64,000 nucleotides of DNA from Trichosphaerium sp. ATCC 40318 (taxonomy: Eukaryota > Protista > Tubulinea). Under the pieces are notes generated by a model. It ran no database searches. It worked only from the letters and a program-made list of their open reading frames with translations, and was not told the DNA's origin. How positions within the stretch are numbered: the first letter of the stretch is position 1; each line of letters starts with the position of its first letter. Shown here piece after piece: positions 15,478 to 28,707 of this stretch. The translations under genes and the position numbers were made by a program. Location of the stretch: the NCBI GenBank assembly GCA_038496445.1, contig JALMLS010000009.1, forward strand, positions 186,001 through 250,000. Reading direction: 5' to 3'.

Positions 15478-18451
15478 ATGGAGCGGGAACGCGTGTTTAG
15501 GAAGCGATCACGGTTATCTGTCGCCTTGACATTACTAGGGTAACACTGCTTACCCTATGCGTACTTACATTGATCAGATGTGTAGCTTACGTAGTTGGTA
15601 TTGTAACATTCTTTGGTTATACAGAACTGTACAGCAGAAACACATATATTGACGAAAATGCGTTACAGCCAGGTATTGTGCAATTTTTGAAGACATTTGT
15701 TAACTATGACAGGTACCGCACGCTCAGGGTATAGCACAGCGGACTTTGAAGTGCGTATGATCTAGAAGCTTTTATTATCCTTAAATAACACATAGTACGC
15801 AACTCGTTTTACAAAAGAGTACTACGATCACCAAAAAAGTACAACTTACGCCAATAACACGACGTGGAGCAGGTATAACTTTTTTTTTCTTGCACCAACC
15901 ACTTGTTCACTAAAAAGTTGCAATTACACTCACACGGAATTTAGAGCGACGTCTTCATGGATACAACAAAGAGTAGAAGCCTTAGGCTTTGAGAGTCATG
16001 TTTTGGAACACCCTTCTGCTAAAGTATGCCAATGGAAACTAGCAACGTTTCACTAACGTGATGACAAAAAAGGGAAACGGTTACATGGTTGTCGGCATCC
16101 TACGCGCACATAAAACGGATGGAAGTGCTTGTTTAGTAGTTACATCAAAGTACAAGCATATACAAGAGGACGTTAATCTAAATGATGGAGTCACAACAGG
16201 TGTCGGAGCTGTCTTGTCGTTTATGAAGTATTTGTCAGGTATTACAAGTTACTACAGAATGGCTAGTACATTTTACTAACAAATTCGCATAGATAAAGAT
16301 TGGTTATCTAAAGATTACGTCATGGTCTTCTCCGGAGAACCTTTTGGGCATAGTGGTGTAAAGCATTGGCTAGCAGGTAGATTCGATAACCATGTTCAAC
16401 ATACACAAGGCGATTTACACCCGGTAATACTAAACTTACCATTCTAAAACTATGGGCAAATAGCTCGTTATTTATGTTTTCTGGTAGGACATTGGTGACA
16501 TAGTTGCAGCTATTAATTTGGATATACATGATGCAGCCAAGTTTGAGGCGATAGCTGTACGAACTGGTACGTTTATGATGCTTTTGGTAGAACTCACACT
16601 GATATTGTTTTTGCACCAACTAACTTTTTGACGTTTTAGAAGGAACTAACGGTATTTTGCCCAACTTGGATCTTGTGAACCTTGTTGTACGCATGTCTCA
16701 TACGCGTTACGGGCAATCTAAGATATCTTTCGCTGGTAAAAGCTCGGAACTTAGTAACCGAATTCAACCTGCGCTTGCTAGTCTTGTACCACCTGCGAGA
16801 TTAGATTTGATTACTTTTATGGTTAATGCAGCGTTTGGTGAGCCGACTGGTGATCACGGAATGTTTTCAAAATATCACATCGATAGCGTCACGCTAGAAA
16901 ATAAATCACCTAGCGGAAACAAAGTTAATGGCAAAACCATGGCAGCTTTTGTAGAGTGCGTAACCAAAAAAAACAGAAAAGAAGACTTTTCCGTTTCCTA
17001 CGACTATTCCAAAAAACAACGATCTACAATTACTTTCTATGCGTGTAAAACACGTTTTTTAGATACAATTACGGTTTTTCTACGGGTAAACTAATTCGTT
17101 AAACTAATCTCACCTAGAATTCTGGAGGGAACGCTTCGCAGTCTCAATAACTTGATAGAGCACTTAAACCACGCATTCCATTACTATCTTATTTTAAGTT
17201 CAACCACATTTGTTCCAATAGCGCACTACTTTATACCGTTAGGTCTTATAATCCTTGGTTACTTTGGATGGGTACTTCTGTTATTCCCGCCATAAACGGT
17301 TTTTTTTTTTGCGCGTTTTTTTATTATTTCGAGATTTCACCTAATGTGTTTGTTAGCCCGCTTTCATACTTATGCAGGCGCTATCCGTGAACCTTTTATA
17401 CGCATCTGGATTCGTAATATCAAGCCACGTTGCTGGTGGTGCGATATTTTCGTTTCCAATTATGGCACGCAAACTCGCGTACTCTGGGTATATTGCACCC
17501 GCTCTAGCGACTGACGAAAATGTATGAGCGTTTTTACCTTTTTCCTACTTTTCTTTTTTGCTTAAACTGCAGTTCACGATTTAATTTTATTGTTTATTAG
17601 ATCATATACGCATGGATTATATTTACAGCGGTTATAGTGATTGTTTTATTTTGGGTTGTGTTCCCCTTCTTTTCTTCTGCCTTTAAGGTTCCACGAGACC
17701 GTAAATATAAAGATAAGAGTGATGATATTGTTGAGTTATATTCGTACGAAGACATTCTGACTGAAAGAACGTCTGTACTCTCAGTACGTCTTTATTTTTT
17801 TTTAGTAGTTTATTGCGATAACACTAATGGTTGCATTGTGCATATTATTATTATAACGGTTTGACACCGGCTCTTTCTAGAGAGATCTAATTTTACATCT
17901 TACAAAAAAAAAAAAAAGAGTTAAAAATAACTCTCTAACTTTCTGAGCTTTTTACCTCTTTACATTTGTTTTTACCGATTCATAAATATACTCATGATCA
18001 TCCTTATTTTTATAAAAGGCGCTATCGACTATTCCTGGGACAATGTTCATTGGTTGTGCTTCGCTCGTTAACTTTTCATTTTGTTTCTTGTCTGCTGTTG
18101 TTATTGTACCTGCTTTTGGGTTTTTGCGTACGTAGTAATATCTGAAATGCCCATTTGAAGAAATTGGGCCAAACAACAAAAAAAAAAAAAAAAACGAAAA
18201 AAAACTAAAAACTTTTTTTAGACGCAACGAAGAATAGCCTTTCACGGACATTGCAGCTTATCTTATTGACAATACTAAGTCCTCCCGGGCTTTTAATACT
18301 GTTTGCGTTATATAATGACATGACGCCATTTTCAGTACTTTTGCGGATGGTACAAGGATATGAAGCTTATGGAACGCTTATACATCCATTTTTTTGTTGC
18401 GTTTACACGCCTCTCGTGATATTACAGATAATGATTCTGCTCCGTAAATAA
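15478..18451 (+). CDS. GPAA1: GPI transamidase component GAA1/GPAA1
   Basis: TYIDENALQPG, WLSKD, EGTNGILPNLDLVN, LEGTLRSLNNLIEHLNHAFHYY, multi-TM C-terminus. Confidence 0.88.
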
Positions 18452-18775
18452 ATCTGGATGGTTGATAGTAAACAAGGAATGCGTGTACAACAAAAAAACT
18501 TTCTTGTTGTTTTTTTTTTTTCTATTCTTTGGCGCTAAAAAAAGATCTGTGTACTTGTTTGTGTACAGTACCGTTGCTACAAAAAAATAACGTGTATTGT
18601 TTGATCAGTTGGTAAAAGTACTGTCCTCATATTAAGAAGTTTAGTTCACTTTCCAGATAAAAATAAAAGCACCACAAAAAACTCGTGACTTTTTAAAAAG
18701 GATTTTAAGTCGTCAAGTTTGCGACTTATTAATAGATTTAAGAATTCCACCAACACACCAACACATCACCTCATA

Positions 18776-19132
18776 ATGAGCAAAAAGGCCACTCCACTGT
18801 CTACAGAGACATTCACTGAGCTTCTTACCACGCTCCCAGATGTAAAACCAGACTATTCCAGCGGTTTTCTTGTAGAACATGAACACTGCTATGTTTTACA
18901 TTTTACATACCGCGACGGACCTGACTACAACTCAATACAAGCTGCAGTTAACGACTACATGAAAAACAGGAAAGTTTACGAGACACAACTGGGATCTTCC
19001 AACAACGATAAACCAACGCCTCCACGAGGTATTCGAAAGCCACAACCGGTTCGCCCGCGCTGCGCGAGACAACTGACCAAACCTGTACCAATGGCAGAGA
19101 TCAGCGGCTATACACCTAAACTGGTCAAATGA
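18776..19132 (+). CDS. Hypothetical single-exon protein (about 118 aa)
   Basis: Open frame with coding-like composition between AT-rich spacers. No motif recognised. Confidence 0.5.
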   Translation: MSKKATPLSTETFTELLTTLPDVKPDYSSGFLVEHEHCYVLHFTYRDGPDYNSIQAAVNDYMKNRKVYETQLGSSNNDKPTPPRGIRKPQPVRPRCARQLTKPVPMAEISGYTPKLVK

Positions 19133-19326
19133 TCGAAACTAACCAACTATGGATTTTTTAAAGCCACCCCAGAATTTTTTTTTACTTAAATGGCTAATAC
19201 AACTCTCTGGGGATACTACAATTTTGTATTATCTTGTTACACTTTGTATAATGTATAGAAAAAAAAAACACATTAAAATATACCCAGACACCTCCCGCTT
19301 TTATATAATTAATCGCGTGGTTCGTG

Positions 19327-21569
19327 TCATTTTTTCCCTCTAACTTGCAGTCGCTTTTTCTTATCGTGGTCCCCATATCTGTAAAATTTGAACAAGTGCG
19401 AAGGCGGCAAATGTTGAGTTGTTTCCGAGGTATCAGACGCTTCTACCTAGGCGTCCAAAGCGATTAAAACAAAAAAGGAACGGTTGGGAAAAAGTGAGGT
19501 TAGAATTGCTTTTGGTTTTTTTTTTTCTTGTATTCTTTTTTTAGATACCCACTAGAAAATACGCTCAATGTACACGCGATAGCATGATAAAGCATAATGA
19601 CTAATACTATTATTCTACAAAAAAAGCTAGCGAAAAACAAATAACTTTTCACACTTTTTCTTTTTTCTTTGTTGTGTTCTTTTAACAAAAGCTAAAACTC
19701 TCCTTAAAAAGATTTATAAATGGGTAGTTGCTTGTTCTTGCAAGAATGCGTATTTACAAACTCGTACAAAAGGAGGAAAGAAATTACCGGTAATTTTTCG
19801 GTGTAAGAAAAAGTGCCTTTCATCCAAAAAGATCAACAAAGAAAATTTGTCGAAAAGGGTATCAAAAGAATGTATGAAAGCGTTTGGAAAGTATCGCAGT
19901 TTCAATTTTTTACAAATAAGGGAAGATGATTTTGTGAGTACCTTTCTAGCCAGTAAAAATCCTTCTAGCAAGAATATATGAACGCATATACTAAATTGAA
20001 GCGGTTTTGCGTCCTTTTTATCCTCTTTTTTGATTTCGCGCTCATACAAACAATGCATCTCTATAACGCGCTAAAAACGGAGTTAAACAACGCCACAGTA
20101 TGCCAGAAAACATGAATGACGCGATTTTACGCCGTATAATCTAAGAATCAGAAAAAGTGAAAAAAAAAAAAGCATAGAAATCGCACCAAGCCGTCTACGC
20201 AAACCCATTCGTAAGTACACTTTGTCCACCCGCTCTTACCACGTTTCGTATCGTCCCGAAAATAGCAATACATGTTACAACGTGGTGTTATTTTACCTTT
20301 ATGCTCATCTTCATTGCAAAATCGAAAACCGTGTAGTTGTAGTTTTTCTTGACTCTTTGAAATAATAGCTATACCCACTGTATTCGCATCACAGCAAAAT
20401 AATGTTCCAGGACTTACCGGACATAATTTATGGAATAAGAAAGTAGGTAAAGGGGAGTTTGTAACGAGTTCTTCTCCGTGTACGAACCAGTATCTACGTG
20501 AAGTTTTTAGAGTTATACTCAGTACTAATTTTGTACACTCCAAGCAAAATAGCGGTATTTTAACTAAATATAAAAGAATTTGTCATTTGTGTTTCTATAC
20601 TTAGCATTGAACTAAAGAATACGCACTCTTTTGATTCACCCATGTATACAGTTACTCTACTGCCTAGTCTATCGAATTTAAACTTTTGTGGTTTCATATG
20701 ATTTAGTTTATGAATTCCCAAAGCAACACCGCTCTCTTGCCCAAAGTGAATGACTCTAAACCAAGGAGTAGATGAGCAACTAACAAATAGACCGTTCTCT
20801 AGGCCGCTCTAAACATAATTAGACGCATAAAAAATAAAATAAAGAAAAACTTGTCAAAAGAATTTTATTTTTATCAGATTTTCAGTTTCCAAAACTTTCT
20901 ACAAATGAAACGTACCATGACAGCTGATTCCATATGCGAGCGCTTAGATGGTATTGAGATGCTGTAAAACTCCATTTCCTCCTTTAAGCGCTCTGGCGGT
21001 ATGTCCTGAGGCGTTTTGTGAGCGGAAAAAATGGAAAATGGTTTTGTGATGTTTAAATACGATCATGAGCGTTGTTTGTACCTCTAAATAGCCATACTTG
21101 CTTGTACGTAGGAAATCCAATAGAGGACTGAAATATTTTCCTTTTAATAAGCGTTAGTTACTATTTTCGCTTCTTCAGTTATAGTAATGAATAGATATGT
21201 ATTTTTGAGCTGAGTTTAAGCTTTGTGACATTGTTTGTGTTTCTGTGTGTCGTACCGTTCCTGTCTATAAAAATATAGCCTTCTTCATCCTTCAAAGGCG
21301 AGAATCGACCAGATAGAAGCGATGTGAAGAAGTTTTGCCCACTTTTTGTAAGCGTACTGTTTATATTAGCGCTGATGCATACTATGTACGTTTATAGAGT
21401 ACCTAGAAGTTGTAACGAACCTACGTAAAAATTAGCTAAACGGCTTCTTACGCTGGTACGTGCTTTACTCCGCCAATATTTAGCTTTACAATTTGTTCTA
21501 GAGCGATGTTATTAAAACTACCCCGACAAAAACAATACCTTTGGGAGATGCTCTCCTCCCGTCATTCAT
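19327..21569 (-). CDS. KCTD-type BTB/POZ (T1) domain protein with uncharacterised C-terminus (3' exons approximate)
   Basis: Spliced IVKLNIGGVKFVTTSSTLTK..NFFTSLLSGRF..KDEEGYIFIDRNGKYFSPLLDFLRT...LKEEMEFYSI. Confidence 0.8.
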
Positions 21570-22189
21570 TTATGTTACTCCAGAATGTACATTGTAAAGA
21601 TACCAGTACAAGTCTTACTTAATCAGAGTTCACCGTTTGCCTTGTTGCGTCACTGTGCGACTGTCTAGTTTTTGCCACGAGAATATAAGGGTATCAATCT
21701 ATGACCATTTTTGTGATCGTTTACAATTTACGCAAGTTACCAACGGACCATCAACTTTCGTAGTTGAGGCAGTGAGTGGCTGAACGTACTTTTAAATACT
21801 GAGACGAGGTGGCGCTCCTCAAAGTTGTTATTTTCAACTCCTTACCAGTTACTCAAGCTACTACGTTTCGAGGTATGCGCACATACTAACAGCTTGAGAA
21901 CACAGCTCTCATCTCAGACAAGATGGGCGAACAATGAAAGGAATGGTAGCTGTAAATTGAATCTTTTGGTCTTGTGTGGACTTTACTTACATACTCCAGA
22001 CTTAAAGTTGCCTCAGTAGAATTGGGATCTCAGTGTCATTGTAGGGACAGCATCCAAGACAATGAACCCAATGGCACCGAGGTACTAGAAGTTTAGTATA
22101 AAATTGAAGAATGAGTGTACCCATTTCAAAGTAGAACCAATAACATACGCATCCATCCTGGCGTTCCACAAATTTGTCACGCCCCAATT

Positions 22190-22842
22190 AGGTTTGCTAT
22201 TTTACCTCTTATAAATGTATAGCTTGAAATGCATCCAAATCTCTTTGAGTGCGACCTACATTACACTTTAGCAAAAAAAAGATAAATTTTGTTGATTGAT
22301 TGTTCATACCTTAAACCCACTTAAAACAATTTTTGAATCCGCGTGAAGCAATTGGATACAAAATTTGGACAGTATAGAGTAGCAACCTTGTCACTACATT
22401 TAAGACAATGCATGCAAGTACAGCATGCCGTATCACAACACGGCAAAAACCACACAGTTTTAGTTTGAGGTTTGTTTATCGCAAATAGTCCACAAACGTA
22501 GTATTGTAAAGATAGGCCACGTCATAAGAGCAAATAAGCATAACAAGAATCCACTATTGTAGTGACAGAATGGAGTGCAGCAATTACTATGAAAAAAGTG
22601 AGAATAGCTAGATAGCTAAAAAACCTGTTATTACCATGTGTTTTGTCGTGCTTGAAGCTTTGAGATTTCAATATGAGAATAATCTGAGCTTTGGACTAGT
22701 ATCCAAAGCACACAATTAAACGTATATCATGTATTACAGGTTTTTGTGAGTGCCAAACAGTTTTTAGCTGAGGACGCCACAAGCAGTTGTTCTGCAATGT
22801 AACTGACTTGTGTACTTACCTTGGATACTTTAGACGATGACA
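22190..22842 (-). CDS. Possible small multi-exon membrane protein (hypothetical, boundaries uncertain)
   Basis: ATG followed by GT..AG-bounded exons encoding CCTPFCHYNSGFLLCLFALMTWPIFTIL. Confidence 0.3.
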
Positions 22843-23336
22843 TTAAACGAGATTCAAAAGCTGTATCATACAAGAAATAGCGCTAAGGGTTCTATAGCTA
22901 TCAAAAAAGAAAGCACACAAGAGAAGGTATGTTGGAACACTCTTCCATTTTGATTCGAATGGTTGGGATAATAGTTCCACAATTGCAAATAAACCTTAAA
23001 ACAAGTACAATTCAGAGAAACTCTCTAACAATTCAAGCTAATGCAACCGGCAAAACTAATACGAAGCCTTAATTGATCTTGCAAGGAGATACTGTACGTT
23101 TTTATTCAGGTAACGTCACTAACGAATCATACATACAAAGCAAATGGATTGTAAGGGTTCCTGCAATTCTGAAAGTTCTGAGAATTGCAGGAGGTTCTGG
23201 AAGATGTCGGTAACTTAAAGATACTTTTTTTTACTGCTCTGGACTAAGACGCACAATGAAAATGTAGAGGTTCTGGGTGAACTGGTTCCAGAACATTCAG
23301 GAACCTGTCTATCTCCAATAAAGGTCTAGTTGTTTC

Positions 23337-26072
23337 TTATACCTTTTTAGAGCTTATCTCTTGTATACTCTCCTCCCGCATAACATACTTTTTTATCTTT
23401 CCAGTAACAGTCTAAAAATAGGTTGTTAGTGCGAGCTACGAAACAAATATCCTTTTCAACTGAGGGTCATTTTTGTTTTGTACCATTGGGAACTCTTTAA
23501 CAAATTTCCAGTATTTTGGGACTTTATAATGTGCTATTTTATCCTTGCAGTATTCTTTAATATCTTTTGATGTTATTGATTCATCACGGAGCTTTACCCA
23601 TGCGCATAACTCTTCACCATACTAAAAACAATAAATTGTTCAAAAACTCTTAAAACAAAAATAGCATTTTTTTTTTTTAGGTACGTACTACTTTATCTGG
23701 CACACCAACAACCTGAACATCCTCTATACTCGGGTGGGTGTATAAAAATTCTTCAATTTCTCGCGGGTAAATATTCTCTCCACCACGTATTACCATATCC
23801 TTCAAAACAAAGTAAATCGCAAATGAATCAAGAAAAAAAAAGAACAAACCTTGATTCTGCCTACAATTCGACAGTATCCATCCTTATCTATTGTTGCAAG
23901 GTCACCCGTCCGCATCCATCCTAAATTAATTAACGCTGATAATTGATTCTAGCGTGATACCATCCGTAATGGCTTCCTTAGATTTCTCTGGGTTGCGCCA
24001 GTACCCCTTCATTACCAAATAACCTACACGTTGATTAGCAAATCGTTTTGTAGGTAGAACCAAACCTTTTGTCCATAGTTCTCCTGTTGTATCAATAGGT
24101 ACTGTGCACCCTTCAGCATCAACGACTTTACAAGAAGTGTGATCCAACGCTCTACCGACTGTCTCTGTTCTTAGTTCAGGAGGGTCCTCACCACTTGTCT
24201 AACACTACATAAGCAAAATCCACATCTTTGCCCTTTGTAGCTTTACCTGAAAAGAAACTGGAGAAGTCTCAGTCATACCATATGCGATTGTAACTTTTGA
24301 CATGTTCATTTCATTCATGACACGTTTCATAACTTCAACGGGACATGTTGAACCAGCTACAAGTGAAACATTGTAAGATATTTGCGCTTGACGGTCACAG
24401 GCAAATACGTACCCATTATACCAGTTCTAAGTGTTGATAAATCAAATTCTTTGAATTTGGGGTGCTCTAGTTCCGATATGAACATAGTAGGGACGCCATG
24501 GAGTGCAGTACATTCGTATTTCTGAACAGCCTTTTGTTGAAGTAGTTAGCAGTCGCGAGAAGACTGTTTGTGTACCTGCAACACAGATAAAGGATCAAAA
24601 CTTTCTCCTGGATAAATAAGACTTGATCCGTGAGTCATGGCTGCTAAGTTGCCTACACGATTGTCAGTTTGAAAGAAAGAAATGAGATAGAAAGCAAAAT
24701 CACGTGGGGCGTTCCTAGTACTAATCCAAAGCAGTGGTATAGAGGTACAGGTACACAAAGACGATCTTTTTCAGTGAGTTCCATCATATCGCCAACAAAA
24801 AGGCCGTTATTTAAAATATTCCGATGAGACAGTGTTGCACCCTTCGGCGATCCAGTAGTACCTTTTGCAAGCAAGTTATTATTTTTGACATTGTTATTTT
24901 TTTTTTTCAATTGGTACCACTTGTGAATTGTATATTCACTGCATCATCACATTTATGACCAGTACGTATGGATGGGTCATCGGATAGAGCATAGACATCA
25001 TCAAATTTTAGTAAATCTACCCATCATTAGTGAAAAGACTACATAAACGCGATTGGTCAATACCTTTGTAGTTTTCTTTACCAGTGTGAATAATGTATTT
25101 CAAAGATGGCACTTCTGTTGATGCTATTTTGTAATTGATAAGAATTTTCTGAGAATTGGTTTAAAAGTGGTATTACGTAGCGGCATTTCATGCCATACTT
25201 CTCTTAGCATCTTGACGTAATTACTTTTTTTAAAGGATGGCGTTATAACAATTGCTAAAAGAATCATCAGAAAGTACTGAGAAAAAAACCACCAAAGCCT
25301 TGGCTTGATGTACCTTTCATCTCGGATAACTGTATAGCATATTTCAGCTCATGTGTTCTATATCCTGGATTTATATTAACTAGTATTATTCCAGCTTTAG
25401 CAGTAGCAAGATGAGTTACAACCTAAAAGTGACATCAATCAATTTCACAAAAAAAATCAAAAAAAAGCCGTAGAAAAACAACGAAAACGTACCCACTCTG
25501 AGTTGTTCGGCATCCATACGCCTAAGCGATCTCCTTTTTTAATGCCAAGCTTGGCTAAACCAGCAGCGAACAGATTTGCGCGTTCCTAACGGAAATGTCA
25601 GTTTTACGTGACACTTTACCGTCGTACCTGTAGTTCTTTCCATGACCATGCTACGTCTTGGTGTAAAACACGCAACACTTCTTTTTGACCGTATTTGTCA
25701 ACCTAAACAGTACAACCGCGTTAACAGTGTTATGCTGAAGCGACAAGGCGTGCCTGTTCGTCAAAAAACTCTCCTAGTGTTTGATTGAGTAGAACTCGGC
25801 GATTTTGTGGTCCTTGTACATGACTGATTGGGTAGTCCCGTTTGAGAGATGTTTTTACGATGAACGGCCGTTTTTCTGTGTTAGGCACTACAACACCAGA
25901 TTCAGTATTAATTTTACCCTCATTATGTAAGTAATCTAATGGCCATAAGTGAATAGTAGCAAGAAAGTTAGTACGTGCGAGTATATTGTGTATATCTCCT
26001 TTGTGGTTGCGCTTGTACAATGTGACGCTTGGCTACGCGTTTAACACAAGTTTGTAGTGTAGCTAAGGCCAT
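23337..26072 (-). CDS. AMP-dependent acyl-CoA synthetase, ACSF2-like, probably mitochondrial
   Basis: [81 protein letters not shown]. Basic N-terminal presequence. Confidence 0.92.
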
Positions 26073-26566
26073 AGTACAGAGTATACAAAACTAGTGACGT
26101 TTCAACCGTTATTTAAAGTTATATTTGGCTTTTCTGTTACTGTAATGACAATAAGAGTTTTTCTAAGTCTTTGTTGTACAAAAACCTGAACTGGCGTCGG
26201 CTGTTTCACTGAATAAATATTTCGTAGCGCTGACAGGTTTCACCACCCAATGTGTAGTAGCGAAGTGTAATGTGTTTGTAACATTGACTGTCTTCACAGA
26301 TCGCAACCAGGCGAATTACGAAGTTATCTTAGTTCATTGTATGTTGCTGCGCACGTGATAATTGTTATCAGAGCACACGTGCGCTTGCTTCGCGTAGTAA
26401 GCGGTCTAAAATTAAAACCAGCGCAAGTAATTTATACCACATAATTTCCGAAGCACGGGTTACGTTTTTTTATATGTACAAGTAGGTTGTGAGTAATTAC
26501 AAGTCTGTTTCGTTTCGCTATTTACAAAAAAAGTTAGGATTTGGTAACTTTTTTTTTTCTATTCCT

Positions 26567-27027
26567 TCAATGCCAGTTTGTTGTTGAGTTCCTTCGTTTC
26601 ATATTTCCGGGCGTTCCAGTGTACCGAGTTGGTAGCGCTAAGGAGCTAGTTCGTTTTTGGAGCTTATGAGTAGCTGCTCTTTGTCTTATGAAGTTCTAAA
26701 AGCGCGTGGGTCAGTATATCACGTCATACGCTTGAAGGGGTTTTTAAGAAGAACAGAAATTAAATGTCTTTTGCGTACTTCACGGTACTCCCGTCTCCTT
26801 GTAGTAACCCTACTTCTGATGCAAACGCGTTCAGGTATAGCGGTAAGGCTAAGACTCATTTTATCACGTGATGGCGGAGGAGAACTAGCGTCGTAAGACT
26901 CATCACCTATTGAAGCTTCAAGCTGTTCTATTGCGATGTATAGCTCATCGTATATTGATGGCCTCTGTGCTCTTGACGCTAGTGTGCTAATGTTCTGTAG
27001 TATGTTTGTCATCATTGTAGATTCCAT
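26567..27027 (-). CDS. Hypothetical two-exon protein
   Basis: MESTMMTN... spliced at GTACGC...TTTTAG to NFIRQRAATHKLQKRTSS...NWH*. Confidence 0.5.
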
Positions 27028-27367
27028 GTTGAATTAATTTAGTTTCTGTTTTTTGAAACACGAGAGAAGTTCCACTTCAAAAAATGGAACTGAACAAATA
27101 AGATTTCTTGGCTTAATCTGTCAACTTATAGCGTGATCAAACGATACGTGAGACCGCCATAACAGACAGATTGTGTAACCGAGCTAGTGTTTGAGCGTGG
27201 TAATGGGACTTTTTTTGCGGAGATAACTCCATGACAAGCAATAGCACAATGGCTAACACAAACGGAGCTTCGAACTGTGTTTACAAACATTGGGTTTTTA
27301 CTTCTTCTCGAAAATATGACACAACCCTTTTCTGATTTTCTTTAGATTGTCCCTTATCGAAAAGAGT

Positions 27368-28487
27368 TTACATACAAGCTAATCCGCCACTTACTGTCAA
27401 TGAAGCTCCTGTTGTGAAAGACGCTTCATCGCTCAATAAAAATATGACTGTCTTTACAACATCTTCTGGTTCGCCAATTCGCTTCATTGGTGACAGCTCT
27501 GTTATACGTCTTTCCTACAAAATATTGTATAAACATGGAAAGTGTTAAACTTATGTATACATACGAATGCAGCTTGTGCTTTAGGTGTATTGTTTGTATT
27601 GATTATGGGTGTTCTTATAAAGGATGGACAAACTGCGTTTATTCTTGAGAAAAACCCAATGTCAGCTACTGTAAAAACCAGCTAATGGCACGCACCGTAT
27701 ACCTCTGGTTGCATATTCCATTGCGGCTCCTTTCGTCATACCAATGACAGCATGTTTGGATGCCACATAAGCGGTGTTACGTCTTTATAAAAGTAAGATA
27801 TCGTGAGTTAGACTGAAACATGAAAAAAAAACCCAAAAAAGCTGGCACGCGCCAGCCCGCGTGACATACTTGAATGGTCCTAAGCCTGCAAGTGATGACA
27901 TGTTTACAATGGAATATCCTTTGCCACCTTGCTTTATCATTTGCTTGGTTTCATATTTCATGCCTAAAAACACACTGCGCGTGTTAACTGCCATCTAGAG
28001 AACGTGTAAATAAGTACACCACGAAAAAAGTGCCTCTCAAAAGCGGAATGAACAATTTTGGAAGTAGCTAGTTGGGAAATTGCCGTTTACCTTTACGAAC
28101 GGCTGTTGTAGCGTACCACTTTATCGTATGTGTCTGTGGGGTAGTCTTGAATGTCATACCAAGCGCCAGCAATACCAGCGTTATTAAACGCCATATCTAT
28201 ACGACCGTAGCGTTTAACTGCGCTGTCAACCATTCCTTTCACCTCTGACTCATTCGCGACGTTCAGTTTATAAAAATACGCTTCTCCGCCTTGTTATAAC
28301 GTTAGCACGCTCAACGCAAAAGCGTACCATTATTTTTGATTATATCAACCGTTTCTAGGGCTCCCTCTTCATTAATATCTCCAACAACTACTTTAGCGCC
28401 TTCCTTTGCACATGCTATTGCCGTAGCTCTTCCAATACCGGATGCTCCTCCCGTAAGAAGTAATACCTTATCCTTAAAACGAGCCAT
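27368..28487 (-). CDS. Short-chain dehydrogenase/reductase (classical SDR)
   Basis: [23 protein letters not shown] catalytic motif, [17 protein letters not shown]. Confidence 0.93.
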
Positions 28488-28707
28488 TGCCACAAAAATT
28501 GTAAAAAAAAAACCAACTTTGCGAAAAGTCAAGATATTTGGAATTCCATGTCTTTTTCAAATGCTCATTGTTCCTCATGTGACGTATTATTGAAGATATC
28601 TTTTGAGCTCTCGTCAGTCACTTTGACATAGTGTGACTTGAGCAACTACGTTTTGCGAAAGTCACAGTTTTATAAAGGTACAAATGTTTGATTGTAGAAC
28701 ATCATGG

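Noticed and set aside
23447-23456. ATATCCTTTT resembling a U12 (AT-AC) donor
   Set aside because: It lies on the non-coding strand inside an ordinary GT-AG intron of the minus-strand ACS gene.
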